Source of the DNA: Lysobacterales bacterium
Lineage (GTDB): Bacteria; Pseudomonadota; Gammaproteobacteria; Xanthomonadales; Rhodanobacteraceae
Reading direction: 5' to 3'
Assembly (NCBI GenBank): GCA_038259445.1
Contig: JBBSOU010000002.1
Coordinates: 561-64,560 of the forward strand
Length of the DNA stretch: 64,000 bases
Part shown: positions 19,530-28,523 of the stretch, piece by piece
Position numbering within the stretch: position 1 is the first letter of the stretch
Layout: the number at the start of each line of letters is the position of its first letter
Notes under the pieces: model-generated
The model's database searches: none
What the model saw: only the letters and a program-made list of their open reading frames with translations
What the model was told of the DNA's origin: nothing
Translations under genes and position numbers: made by a program

Positions 19530-20554
19530 GGTCCGAAAACGTTGCCGATGGCGCGCTCGACACGCACGCCGGAGCCGGAATCATCGAGCGGATCGCGGCG
19601 CATGCGGTGACGCAAGGCCGGCGCAGCGATGCGGCGCAGATGCGCGTCGGCGACGCTGCCGTCGCCGTCGAGGCTGGCCAGCGCGCGCGCCGCGCGGATC
19701 AGGGTGAGCTCGCCACGAAGGCCATCGGTGCCCAGCGCGATGCACAGCTGCGCGGCACGCTCGATCGCCGCATCGGGCACGATCACCTCGGCGATATGCT
19801 GGCGCGCGGCGACAATGCGCTTGCGCACGCGGTCCTCTTCCTTCTTCCAACGCAGGCAGAAAGCCTCGCGATCGCGCTCGAAATCATCACGCCGCCGCAC
19901 CACCTCGATGCGCGACGGCAGATCGATCGGCGTCTTCACATCCACCGAAAGGCCGAAGCGGTCGAGCAATTGCGGACGCAACTCGCCCTCTTCCGGATTG
20001 CCGCTGCCGATCAGCACGAAGCGCGCCGGGTGGCGCACCGAAAGGCCCTCGCGTTCGACCACGTTCTCACCCGAGGCGGCGACATCGATGAGCAGGTCGA
20101 CCAGGTGATCCTCGAGCAGGTTCACTTCGTCGACGTAGAGGAATCCGCGGTTCGCACGCGCGAGCAGTCCGGGCTCGAATGCCTTGACCCCCTGCGACAG
20201 CGCGCGCTCGAGATCGAGTGCGCCAACCACGCGGTCCTCGGTTGCCCCGAGTGGCAGATCGACTACCGGAACCGCCATGCGGTGCGACTTTGGTGGCGTC
20301 CTCGCATGCACGTGGCGGCACGCCTCACACCAGCTGCCGGGGGCCTGCGGATCGCAGCCGTAGACACAGCCGACGATCGCCTTCATCGGCGGCAGCAACG
20401 CGGCCAAGGCACGCACCGCGGTGGATTTGCCGGTGCCGCGGTCGCCGAACACCATGACGCCGCCGATGCTCTGATCCACTGCCGCGATCAGCAGCGCGAG
20501 CTTCATTTCATCCTGGGCGACGATCGCGGAAAACGGAAATTGTTGCTGTGGCAT
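19526..20554 (-). CDS. bchI: Magnesium chelatase subunit I
   Basis: Internal Met of ORF 19526..20920: MPQQQFPFSAIVAQDEMKLALLIAAVDQSIGGVMVFGDRGTGKST (Walker A). Confidence 0.95.
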   Translation of the reverse strand: MPQQQFPFSAIVAQDEMKLALLIAAVDQSIGGVMVFGDRGTGKSTAVRALAALLPPMKAIVGCVYGCDPQAPGSWCEACRHVHARTPPKSHRMAVPVVDLPLGATEDRVVGALDLERALSQGVKAFEPGLLARANRGFLYVDEVNLLEDHLVDLLIDVAASGENVVEREGLSVRHPARFVLIGSGNPEEGELRPQLLDRFGLSVDVKTPIDLPSRIEVVRRRDDFERDREAFCLRWKKEEDRVRKRIVAARQHIAEVIVPDAAIERAAQLCIALGTDGLRGELTLIRAARALASLDGDGSVADAHLRRIAAPALRHRMRRDPLDDSGSGVRVERAIGNVFGP

Positions 20555-20708
20555 GCTCGCTGGGGTCCACGACGGTGTGCGTGAATGCACGGGCGGAAGC
20601 GCTACGATGCGCGTCGTCGCCGGTGCGATTCGAACGGGTCTCAAGCTTAGCAGACACGCTTTGCTGCCCAGCACTGCGACCGCCCACAGCATTCCCTGAT
20701 TCCTGACA

Positions 20709-22238
20709 ATGTCGCGAAACCTGCCGAAGTACCTGGTCGCCTTTGTCGCCAGCATGGCGATCGTCAGCGCGCTGTTGCGCCTGGTCGCGAGTGATGACGA
20801 CCTGGTCGTCTCGACCACGCGGATTGGCGAGATCCCTGTCACGACGTTGCAGCGCGCTGACACGGCACGCGCACCGGCGATCGTGATCGCGCACGGTTTC
20901 GCCGGCTCGCAGCAACTCATGCAGCCGCTGGCAACAACGCTGGCGCGTAGTGGCTACCTCGCGGTGAGCTTCGATTTTCCCGGCCATGGTCGCAACACCG
21001 AGCCACTCGACGCTGGTCTTGCCGATCTTGCAAGAATGCAGCGTCATCTGTTCGCGACCCTCGAATCGGTGATCCGTCACGCGCGCGGGCTCGGCGCCAG
21101 TGACGGTCGCATCGGACTCGTTGGCCATTCGATGGCCGCAGAAATCGTTACGCGCCACGCCGACCGCAATCCCGACATCGAGGCAACCGTCGCCCTCTCG
21201 TTGTTCCTGCCGAAGCCGCAGGTTCTCAATCCGCGCAACCTGTTGATGATCGACGGCGCACTCGAAGCAGGCATGCTGCGCGAGCAGGGCATCGCGATGA
21301 TTTCGGCAGCGATAGGGCGCAATGCCGAGCCCTCGGTGACCTACGGCGATTTCAGCACCGGCAACGCCCGTCGCGTCGTCTTCGCGCGCGGCGTCGAACA
21401 CGTTGGCGTGCTCTACGCTGGCGACAGCCTGCGCGAGACGCGCGACTGGATGAACAAGGCCCTTACTCACGGCAGCGAAGCCGCGCTCGACCGGCGTGGC
21501 CCCTGGCTCGGCCTGCTGTTCGGAGGACTCTTTGCACTCGCATGGCCGCTCTCTGGCCTGGTTCCGCGGCTCGGCGCGGAATTCTCGCAACCGGCGCGCG
21601 ACTGGCGTCGGCTGCTTGTGCCGGCATTTGTGCCGGCGGTGCTGACGCCGTTGCTGCTGGGCTGGGCCCCGGCCCGCGCGATGCCGATCCTGCTCGCCGA
21701 CTATCTCGTGCTGCACTTCGCCGTGTACGGCATGTTGACGCTGGCCGTGATGGCTATGATGGGACGATCACGCGCGACACACGGCAATGCGCCGTTTCCG
21801 CTCGCCCGCTTCGTCGCGGTAGCCATGGCCGTCACGGCTTACAGCATCGTGGTTCTCGGCGGACTCGTCGATACCTGGTTCAACGCGTTCTTTCCGCCCG
21901 GCGCACGAGCACCGTGGATCGTCGTCATGTCTGCCGGTACGCTGCTGTACTTCCTCGCCGATGAGTGGCTGACCCGTCGACATGCACCAATGCGTTTTGC
22001 CTACGCGCTGACCAAGCTGTGTTTCATCGTTTCGCTGCTGATCGCGATCGCGCTCAATCTCGACGAACTTTTCTTTCTGGCGATCATCGTGCCGGCGATT
22101 GTGTTGCTGTTGTGCCTATACGGACTATTCAGTCGCTGGCTGCTGGCCAGCAGTCGTGAGCCGATGCTGGCGGGCGTGAGCAATGCGCTCGTGTTCGCGT
22201 GGTTCATCGTGGTGACGTTTCCGATGGTCGATCGATGA
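20709..22238 (+). CDS. Alpha/beta-hydrolase domain fused to a roughly 8-TM C-terminal membrane domain (function unknown)
   Basis: N-terminal TM, then IVIAHGFAGS...LVGHSMAAE (nucleophile-elbow-like), then about 250 aa of hydrophobic segments. Followed 10 nt later by the heme oxygenase gene. Confidence 0.7.
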   Translation: MSRNLPKYLVAFVASMAIVSALLRLVASDDDLVVSTTRIGEIPVTTLQRADTARAPAIVIAHGFAGSQQLMQPLATTLARSGYLAVSFDFPGHGRNTEPLDAGLADLARMQRHLFATLESVIRHARGLGASDGRIGLVGHSMAAEIVTRHADRNPDIEATVALSLFLPKPQVLNPRNLLMIDGALEAGMLREQGIAMISAAIGRNAEPSVTYGDFSTGNARRVVFARGVEHVGVLYAGDSLRETRDWMNKALTHGSEAALDRRGPWLGLLFGGLFALAWPLSGLVPRLGAEFSQPARDWRRLLVPAFVPAVLTPLLLGWAPARAMPILLADYLVLHFAVYGMLTLAVMAMMGRSRATHGNAPFPLARFVAVAMAVTAYSIVVLGGLVDTWFNAFFPPGARAPWIVVMSAGTLLYFLADEWLTRRHAPMRFAYALTKLCFIVSLLIAIALNLDELFFLAIIVPAIVLLLCLYGLFSRWLLASSREPMLAGVSNALVFAWFIVVTFPMVDR

Positions 22239-22247
22239 TGCGTCTTC

Positions 22248-22916
22248 ATGCACGCTGATTCCGACTCCGTGTCACTGGCAGCCCGCCTGCGTGCCGGCAC
22301 GCGCGACCTGCACGGTCGCGCCGAGCGCACTGGTGTGATGCGCCCGCTGCTGCGCGGCACGCTCGAACGCGATCGCTACTGCCTGCTGTTGCGCAACCTG
22401 CATGCGATCTATGCCGCTCTCGAACACTGCCTCGACCAGCACGCCCGCCACGCCGGGCTGGTACTCATCCACGATCGCGCTTTGCACCGCGCCGCAGCAC
22501 TGCGTGCCGATCTCGTGCACCTGCACGGCAGCCGCTGGGAATCCGAGCTCGCGCTCGCCGTGCACGCGCGCGATTACGCCGGACACCTGCATCACCTGTC
22601 GGACCGTGATCCGTTGCATTTGGCCGCGCATGCGTACGTGCGCTATCTCGGCGACCTCAATGGCGGCCAGATGCTCGCGCGGATCGTGCAGCGGTCATTG
22701 CAGTTGCACGATGACAATGGAACGGCGTTCTACCGCTTCACGACCGAAGCGCCGTCAGTGCTCGAACCCCGGCTGCGCTCGGGCCTCGATGCGCTCGCAC
22801 TCTCGGCAGACGACCGTGACACCATCGTCGACGAAGCTCGCCAGGCTTTCATCCGGCATTGCGACCTGTTCGAGGAACTCTCGGCGATGGCGATTCAGTC
22901 GCGATCGCGGGTGTAG
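22248..22916 (+). CDS. bphO: Heme oxygenase (biliverdin-producing, phytochrome-associated type)
   Basis: LRAGTRDLHGRAERTGVMRPLL..YLGDLNGGQML are heme oxygenase family features. Adjacent to the bacteriophytochrome. Confidence 0.85.
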   Translation: MHADSDSVSLAARLRAGTRDLHGRAERTGVMRPLLRGTLERDRYCLLLRNLHAIYAALEHCLDQHARHAGLVLIHDRALHRAAALRADLVHLHGSRWESELALAVHARDYAGHLHHLSDRDPLHLAAHAYVRYLGDLNGGQMLARIVQRSLQLHDDNGTAFYRFTTEAPSVLEPRLRSGLDALALSADDRDTIVDEARQAFIRHCDLFEELSAMAIQSRSRV

Positions 22917-25117
22917 ACGCCGAACTGCTCGTAGATCGCCGTAGCGCGCCGGGTCGCTTCCTGCAACTCGTCGATCAGGCGCGCGACCGCAGGATTGGCA
23001 CCGCCATCGACAATGTCGAGTGCGGCAATGCGCGTGCTCGCATGGATCGCGCCGACCACGCCATCGCCGACCTCGGCGAATGCATCGATGGCTGCACCAC
23101 GACTCGGGAAACTGCCGTCGGGATTCAACGCACCCTCGAGCTCGCGCCGCGCATGATCGGCATTCTTCGCCGCGGTCAGGTCCACGAATATCAGGATATA
23201 GCCGAGTCTGTCGCCGTTTGATCCGGCAACCACATCGGCACGCACGCCGACCGGAACCGGCGTCGAGGTCTGGGCCAGGAAACACAGTTCGCCGCGCCAC
23301 GGAACGCCCTTCTCGCGCAATGTCTTGAGCATGCCGAAGGCCGCTTCGGGATCGGTGAACGCGGCGGCCAGTTCGTCGAGCGTGGCGAATCGCGTCGCGC
23401 CTTGGTTGACCGCCTTGTCGAACATGTCGTTGCTGTAGAGCACACGACTGTCGGCGGCGGCGATCACCACCGGCTCGCGCGAATTCTTGACCGTGACCCT
23501 GACCAGGTCGAGCTGGTGCTGCGCAATCAGCAGCCGCACGGCCTGGATCTGCAGGATCACGTCGATCAAGGTCGATCCGATCGCGCGTGCCAGCGCGATG
23601 TCGGCGTTGGACCATGGCACGGCCGTGCCGCGAACGATCTGTGACCACGCGGCGAACGATCGGCGCGGCGACAGGTTCATCGGATCGTTGTCGATGACTG
23701 CCTTGTTCGGATCGCCGGCCCAGGTGATCTCGCTGAGCTGTTCGCGTCGGAACCAGACCAGGAAGTCCGGACGCGACGTCGACAATTCGATCGCGAGAAT
23801 GCCGCTGGCGGTCGGACTGGACGGCGCCAGCGAGGGGAAATCGCGCTCGATCGACGCGCTGCAGTAGATGCCGTCGGCACAACGATCGACCATCGCATGG
23901 AGCAGTCCGCGCAATTGTGGCGTCGAAGGAACGTCGCCACTGGTCAGGATCTCGCCTTCGAAGTAAAGCGCTGCACCGGTCGCACCGAGCGGTTGCAGCA
24001 GCGTCTGCGGCGAGCGGAACAAGGCGCGTCGCCAGTCGCCGTCGGTCGAGGTTGCGTCGATCAGGCGCTGTTCCAGCGCGCGCACGAGAATGACGCCCTG
24101 CGCGTGCGCATAGTTCTCGACCGCACTGATGCGCATCGAGATCACTTCAGCGAGCAAGCCACAGGCGGCGCGCAGCGAGCAGCTGACGTGGCGCGGTGTG
24201 TAGTGGTGGCAGGCGATCAGCCCCCAGAGTCGCCCCTCGCGCACCAGCGACACCACCAGCGTCGCCGTCACGCCCATGTTCTTGAGGTACTGCAAGTGCA
24301 ACGGCGACATGCTGCGCAATCCGCACAGTGACATGTCCAGGCCATCGCCGTGCGGAGCTATCGGCACCGGTTCGTAGTTGACGTCGACCAGGATGCGGAC
24401 CCGGTTGTTGACGTAGAGCGCACGCGCGCGCTGCGGAATGTCGGTCGCAGGGTAATGATGTCCGAGCAGGGAATCGAGCGACGGATCGCACGCTTCGGCG
24501 ATGATTTCACCGTGCCCGTCGGGATCGAACTTGTACACCATGACCCGGTCGTATCCGACCAGCTCGCGCAGCGTGTGCACGGCGGTATCGGCCAGCATCG
24601 GAATGGTCGTGGCGGTCGTGATGCGCTCGACGGTAGCGGCCAGCATCGTCTGCAACAGCAAAGGCGTCGACACGCGGGCGATTTCGTCCTCGCTGCCGCG
24701 ATCGATCGGCTCAAGTTCGACGATCAGCAGTCCGTCGGCATTCCGATGCAGCGCGCCTTCGAACCAGAGGGTGCGGTCGGCGCCGACCGGGCGCAGATGG
24801 CAGGTCAGCGCCTTCGCCTCGGCAAGATCATGACTCGACACGAGACCGCGCACGCGCGCACCGAAATCGCCACCGAGTGCGTCAATCGGATGGCCGATCC
24901 AGGCATCGGTGGCGACACCGAACTGCTGACCGGCATTCGCGCTCGCGCTGCGTACCGTGAAGTTCGCGGGATCCAGCACGAACAGCCATCCATGCGGCTG
25001 GATCGATCCGGCCAGATGGATCAGTTCACGCTCGCAATTGGTCAGGTCGGCCTGGCCGAACGCCGGAGCGACGGCGACCTCGATCTTCGATGCAACGAGT
25101 GCGCCGCGGCGATTCAT
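22895..25117 (-). CDS. bphP: Bacteriophytochrome with PAS/PAC plus helical (HOS-like) output, no histidine kinase
   Basis: DLTNCERELIHLAGSIQPHGWLFVL (chromophore Cys), YPATDIPQRARALY (DIP), LSPRRSF (PRxSF tongue). The C-terminal 230 aa have no H-box or ATPase motifs. Confidence 0.92.
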   Translation of the reverse strand: MNRRGALVASKIEVAVAPAFGQADLTNCERELIHLAGSIQPHGWLFVLDPANFTVRSASANAGQQFGVATDAWIGHPIDALGGDFGARVRGLVSSHDLAEAKALTCHLRPVGADRTLWFEGALHRNADGLLIVELEPIDRGSEDEIARVSTPLLLQTMLAATVERITTATTIPMLADTAVHTLRELVGYDRVMVYKFDPDGHGEIIAEACDPSLDSLLGHHYPATDIPQRARALYVNNRVRILVDVNYEPVPIAPHGDGLDMSLCGLRSMSPLHLQYLKNMGVTATLVVSLVREGRLWGLIACHHYTPRHVSCSLRAACGLLAEVISMRISAVENYAHAQGVILVRALEQRLIDATSTDGDWRRALFRSPQTLLQPLGATGAALYFEGEILTSGDVPSTPQLRGLLHAMVDRCADGIYCSASIERDFPSLAPSSPTASGILAIELSTSRPDFLVWFRREQLSEITWAGDPNKAVIDNDPMNLSPRRSFAAWSQIVRGTAVPWSNADIALARAIGSTLIDVILQIQAVRLLIAQHQLDLVRVTVKNSREPVVIAAADSRVLYSNDMFDKAVNQGATRFATLDELAAAFTDPEAAFGMLKTLREKGVPWRGELCFLAQTSTPVPVGVRADVVAGSNGDRLGYILIFVDLTAAKNADHARRELEGALNPDGSFPSRGAAIDAFAEVGDGVVGAIHASTRIAALDIVDGGANPAVARLIDELQEATRRATAIYEQFGVYTRDRD

Positions 25118-25179
25118 GGGCGATCAGGGGCTGCGCGGAGGGGAGCGGCGAAGCGCGGGCTCGAAGCCTGCTCGGGACT

Positions 25180-26397
25180 TCAATGGAAATGCCGCTGGCG
25201 GGCGCGTGAACCTGACGCGTCCAGTCCGAGCGGTTCATGCACCACGTGAATCGTGAAGCCGATCGCTTTCGCATCATCGATCAGCGCGGCAGAAACTTCG
25301 ATTTCGAGCGGGGCGGCGTCACCGCGCAGCAACTGCGCACGCAACAGGCCGGAACTGCCATTGGCGCGGATCGTGGCGATCAGCGCGGCAATCGGAGCGG
25401 ATTCCGTACGCAGCCACGCCGACAGAGCGGTGCCGTCAAGCGAGTCCCCGGCATCGGCGTGGACGAGATCGCGGAACGATTTGTTCGCAAAGATGATCCG
25501 GCCGGTAGTGGCGCAGATCACGACCGCGTCGCACAGGCTCTCGAGCAGCTTGACGACCAGCGAATCGGCACGCGCGACGGTGCTGGCGACGACAACCGGG
25601 GCGTCGTCGAGCGATCCGATGCGCAGCAACAGCACGCTGCCGGCGTCGGCATCGCAGACTTCGATCGTCACACCGAGGTCGATGTCGCGATCGAGCAGGC
25701 GGATGTGGTGCTGGCGCGAGCGCTCGGCGAATCGCGCGGAGTCGAACAGTTGCCCGAGGACCGGCTGCGAGGACTGATCCATCGTGGCGTACAGCGACAA
25801 GCCGATCATCGCTTCCATGCCGAGACGGAACAGCGCAGCGGCAGCATCGTTGGCATCGACCACGGCAAAGGTCACCGGATCGATGAGCAGCAAGGGCCCT
25901 TCCGACTGCCCAAACAGCAGACGGTGGCGAGTTTCGAATTTGCGCCGCTGCCAATAGTCGCGCTCGATCGACTGCTGTGCATCGAGCAGGCGCTGCTGCA
26001 GCGCTGAAACCAGGCGCAGGTCGCGTCCAACGGCCAAAGTGAGACCGCACTGACCCAGTCGAACGGCGGTGTAGGCGACCGGAATCTCGACGCCCAGCGC
26101 AGACGGGTGCGTCAGTTGGCGTTGTCGGGAGACACCACTGCTGCCGACATCGGCTAGAAATTCATCGACCTTGAGTCGCGTTTCAACGGTGACCGTGTCG
26201 GTCCAGCGACGCCCGACCCACGCGTTGGCGCCGTGATCGTCGGCCTGCGACGGGCCGCAGGCCACATTCGTGATGACGCCGTCTTCATCGATAACGAGGG
26301 CAATGTCACACGCTACCGTCACCAGCATTTCCGCCAGCTCGGGGGCCAATCGAGACAGTGGGCTCAGATCTGCCGGCCCACCGTTTCCGGTGCTCAT
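25180..26397 (-). CDS. PpsR/CrtJ-like PAS protein lacking the C-terminal HTH
   Basis: Collinear with the full-length PpsR at 30902..32326, including the Q-linker (LQQRLLDAQQSIERDYWQRRKFETRHRLLF). Stops about 20 aa after the last PAS. Only 62 nt remain before bphP. Confidence 0.85.
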   Translation of the reverse strand: MSTGNGGPADLSPLSRLAPELAEMLVTVACDIALVIDEDGVITNVACGPSQADDHGANAWVGRRWTDTVTVETRLKVDEFLADVGSSGVSRQRQLTHPSALGVEIPVAYTAVRLGQCGLTLAVGRDLRLVSALQQRLLDAQQSIERDYWQRRKFETRHRLLFGQSEGPLLLIDPVTFAVVDANDAAAALFRLGMEAMIGLSLYATMDQSSQPVLGQLFDSARFAERSRQHHIRLLDRDIDLGVTIEVCDADAGSVLLLRIGSLDDAPVVVASTVARADSLVVKLLESLCDAVVICATTGRIIFANKSFRDLVHADAGDSLDGTALSAWLRTESAPIAALIATIRANGSSGLLRAQLLRGDAAPLEIEVSAALIDDAKAIGFTIHVVHEPLGLDASGSRARQRHFH

Positions 26398-26480
26398 TAC
26401 CTGCTCCTGCTCAGCGTGCGCGGATGCGACGCCTGTCCATCGACAACCAAGTCACGTTGCTGTCCCTCGCGATCATAGTC

Positions 26481-26792
26481 CTATTTCGCACACTGCGGTG
26501 AACGGGTTTGCGCATGCGTCAGCCAGCGCCTCGACACATCGAGCAGGTGACCGGCGAACGAAGCGGTCAGCGCAGCGCCGATCCACGGCCACGACATGCC
26601 GCCGAGTGCCGCACGCAGGGCCAGCAGAAGGCAGAATCCGGAAGCGAGATTGGCCAGCATGTCGACAAAGGCGATGCCACGGCCGGTGCGGCGATGATGC
26701 AGCCCGAGCACGATCGCTTCGATCACCATCACCAGCAGCACGAGGTCCACGACCCGGCCGCTGCTGAAAAACTCCTGCATGGCTGCTTGCAT
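26481..26792 (-). CDS. Hypothetical 3-TM membrane protein (103 aa)
   Basis: High-GC3 frame, three hydrophobic segments. Lies between tspO and the ppsR-like gene on the same strand. No family recognised. Confidence 0.5.
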   Translation of the reverse strand: MQAAMQEFFSSGRVVDLVLLVMVIEAIVLGLHHRRTGRGIAFVDMLANLASGFCLLLALRAALGGMSWPWIGAALTASFAGHLLDVSRRWLTHAQTRSPQCAK

Positions 26793-26814
26793 CGTTGTCG
26801 CGACCGTTAGCCGC

Positions 26815-27309
26815 TCAGTTGCCGGCGAACGGACCGTTCAGGCGCACGATCGTCAAGTTGAGGAACGCGGCGAAAGAAACCCACAGCAGGTAGGGTGTCA
26901 ACAGCCAGCTCGATGCGCGCGAATACGGCCACATGATCACCATCAGCGTGACGATCGAGGACCACAGCAACGCCACTTCGTAGAGCGCGTAGTCGGGACG
27001 GTGCATGCGGAAGAACAGCAGGCTCCAGGTGACGTTGAGCACGATGTTGACGAGAAACAGGATGACCATGCGACGACGGCTGCCGACATCGGGCGCGCGG
27101 CGCCAGGCGAGCAGTGACGAGATCGCGGCAAGAAGAAAGATGGTCGTCCAGACCGGTCCGAACAACCAGTCCGGCGGCTGCCAGGACGGCTTCTGCAACG
27201 CGTAGTACCACTCGCCGATATCGGTCGTCAGCGCGCCGCCCGCGCTCACTACCACGGTCAGCAGCAGCGCCAGTCCGACGGGTTTCCAGGTCAGTCGAGG
27301 GACTTGCAT
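26815..27309 (-). CDS. tspO: Tryptophan-rich sensory protein
   Basis: GEWYYALQKPSWQPPDWLFGPVWTTIF is the TspO/MBR signature. ATGA overlap with bchP stop. Confidence 0.92.
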   Translation of the reverse strand: MQVPRLTWKPVGLALLLTVVVSAGGALTTDIGEWYYALQKPSWQPPDWLFGPVWTTIFLLAAISSLLAWRRAPDVGSRRRMVILFLVNIVLNVTWSLLFFRMHRPDYALYEVALLWSSIVTLMVIMWPYSRASSWLLTPYLLWVSFAAFLNLTIVRLNGPFAGN

Positions 27310-28523
27310 CAGGCTGGCCGCAAGCCGAGCAGATGGGCGATGTCCTTGAAGAAGATACGTACATGCGCCATCGGCTTGGCACGCACCAGTTCCTTGTTCA
27401 TGTAGGCCTCGAAAGTGAGTTTCTGCACATCGGGATCCTTGCAGATGGTGACGAAGCGCTCGCGTCGACGCTCGGTCGTGTACCAGAACCGCTGCATGAT
27501 CCCCAGCACCCAGAATACCTTGCCATGCAGCTTCATGAAGCGTTTGCGCGCGAGTTTGAGCGAACGCACGTCGCCGGTGGCCAGCAGTGCCTCGACCGCC
27601 TGCGCGGCGAATTGTCCGCCAACCATCGCATAGTAGATACCCTCGCCCGAGGCCGGCGCGACGACGCCAGCCGCATCGCCGGCGAGCACGACGTCCTTGC
27701 CGTTGTCCCAGCGTGACAGCGGCTTCATCGGGATGGGCGCGCCTTCGCGACGGATCGTTTCGCCATCGAGTCCGCTGGCGCTGCGCAGTGCACTGACCGA
27801 GGCACGCAGCGAAAATCCCTTGTGTGCGCTGCCGGTGCCAACGCTGGTGGTATCACCGTGCGGGAAAACCCACGAATAGAAATCCGGTGAAAGCGCGCCG
27901 CGGTAGACGACGTCACACCGCTGCGCGTCGAAGCCCGGAGGCGTTTGCGCCGCGGCCGGCGAACGGATGATCTCGTGATAGGCGAACACGTAGCGCATCT
28001 TGTCGGCGCCGGGAATGGTCTGTCGCGCCACTTCAGAGGTCGCACCATCGGCGCCGATCACCGCACGCGCGCGCACCCGGCGCATCGATTTCTCGCCATC
28101 GCGCAGCGACGCGTTGTACTCGATCACGGCGGTGCCGTCGGCATCGCGCGAAAAGCGCTTGAACATGCCTGCACGCAATTCGGCTCCGCTTTCGACGGCA
28201 CGCTCGCGCAGCCACGGATCGAAGGCATCGCGGTCGACCATGCCGACGAAGCCGTTTTCGATCGGGATGTCGACGTTCTTCGCGGAAGGCGCGACCATGC
28301 GCGCAGAGGTGATTCGCGCGACCAGCAGTTCGTCGGGCACGTCGAAATCGCGGATCAGTCGCGGTGGAATCGCGCCGCCACAGGGTTTCGGTCGTCCGGC
28401 GCGATCGAGCAGCAGCACCGACCTCCCGCTGGCCGCGAGCTGGCGTGCAGCGGTCGCGCCGGAAGGCCCGCCACCGACGACGACGACATCGAACGATTCG
28501 GTCTCACTGGGTGGCAGGTTCAT
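27309..28523 (-). CDS. bchP: Geranylgeranyl diphosphate / bacteriochlorophyllide reductase
   Basis: Internal Met: MNLPPSETESFDVVVVGGGPSGATAARQLA..CGGAIP. ATGA overlap with the upstream pucC-like gene. Confidence 0.93.
   Translation of the reverse strand: MNLPPSETESFDVVVVGGGPSGATAARQLAASGRSVLLLDRAGRPKPCGGAIPPRLIRDFDVPDELLVARITSARMVAPSAKNVDIPIENGFVGMVDRDAFDPWLRERAVESGAELRAGMFKRFSRDADGTAVIEYNASLRDGEKSMRRVRARAVIGADGATSEVARQTIPGADKMRYVFAYHEIIRSPAAAQTPPGFDAQRCDVVYRGALSPDFYSWVFPHGDTTSVGTGSAHKGFSLRASVSALRSASGLDGETIRREGAPIPMKPLSRWDNGKDVVLAGDAAGVVAPASGEGIYYAMVGGQFAAQAVEALLATGDVRSLKLARKRFMKLHGKVFWVLGIMQRFWYTTERRRERFVTICKDPDVQKLTFEAYMNKELVRAKPMAHVRIFFKDIAHLLGLRPA

Noticed and set aside
20600-20700. tRNA-like GTTCGAATC string (minus strand, around 20627..20635) in the bchI/hydrolase intergenic region.
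   Set aside because: - The flanking bases do not form a T-stem (ACCCG vs CGCAC).
- No acceptor or anticodon arms can be drawn, so this is a chance match.
22755-23882. Minus ORF of 375 aa in an alternative frame within bphP.
   Set aside because: It is on the same strand as bphP but off-frame, is Arg-rich, and lies entirely inside the well-supported phytochrome coding frame.
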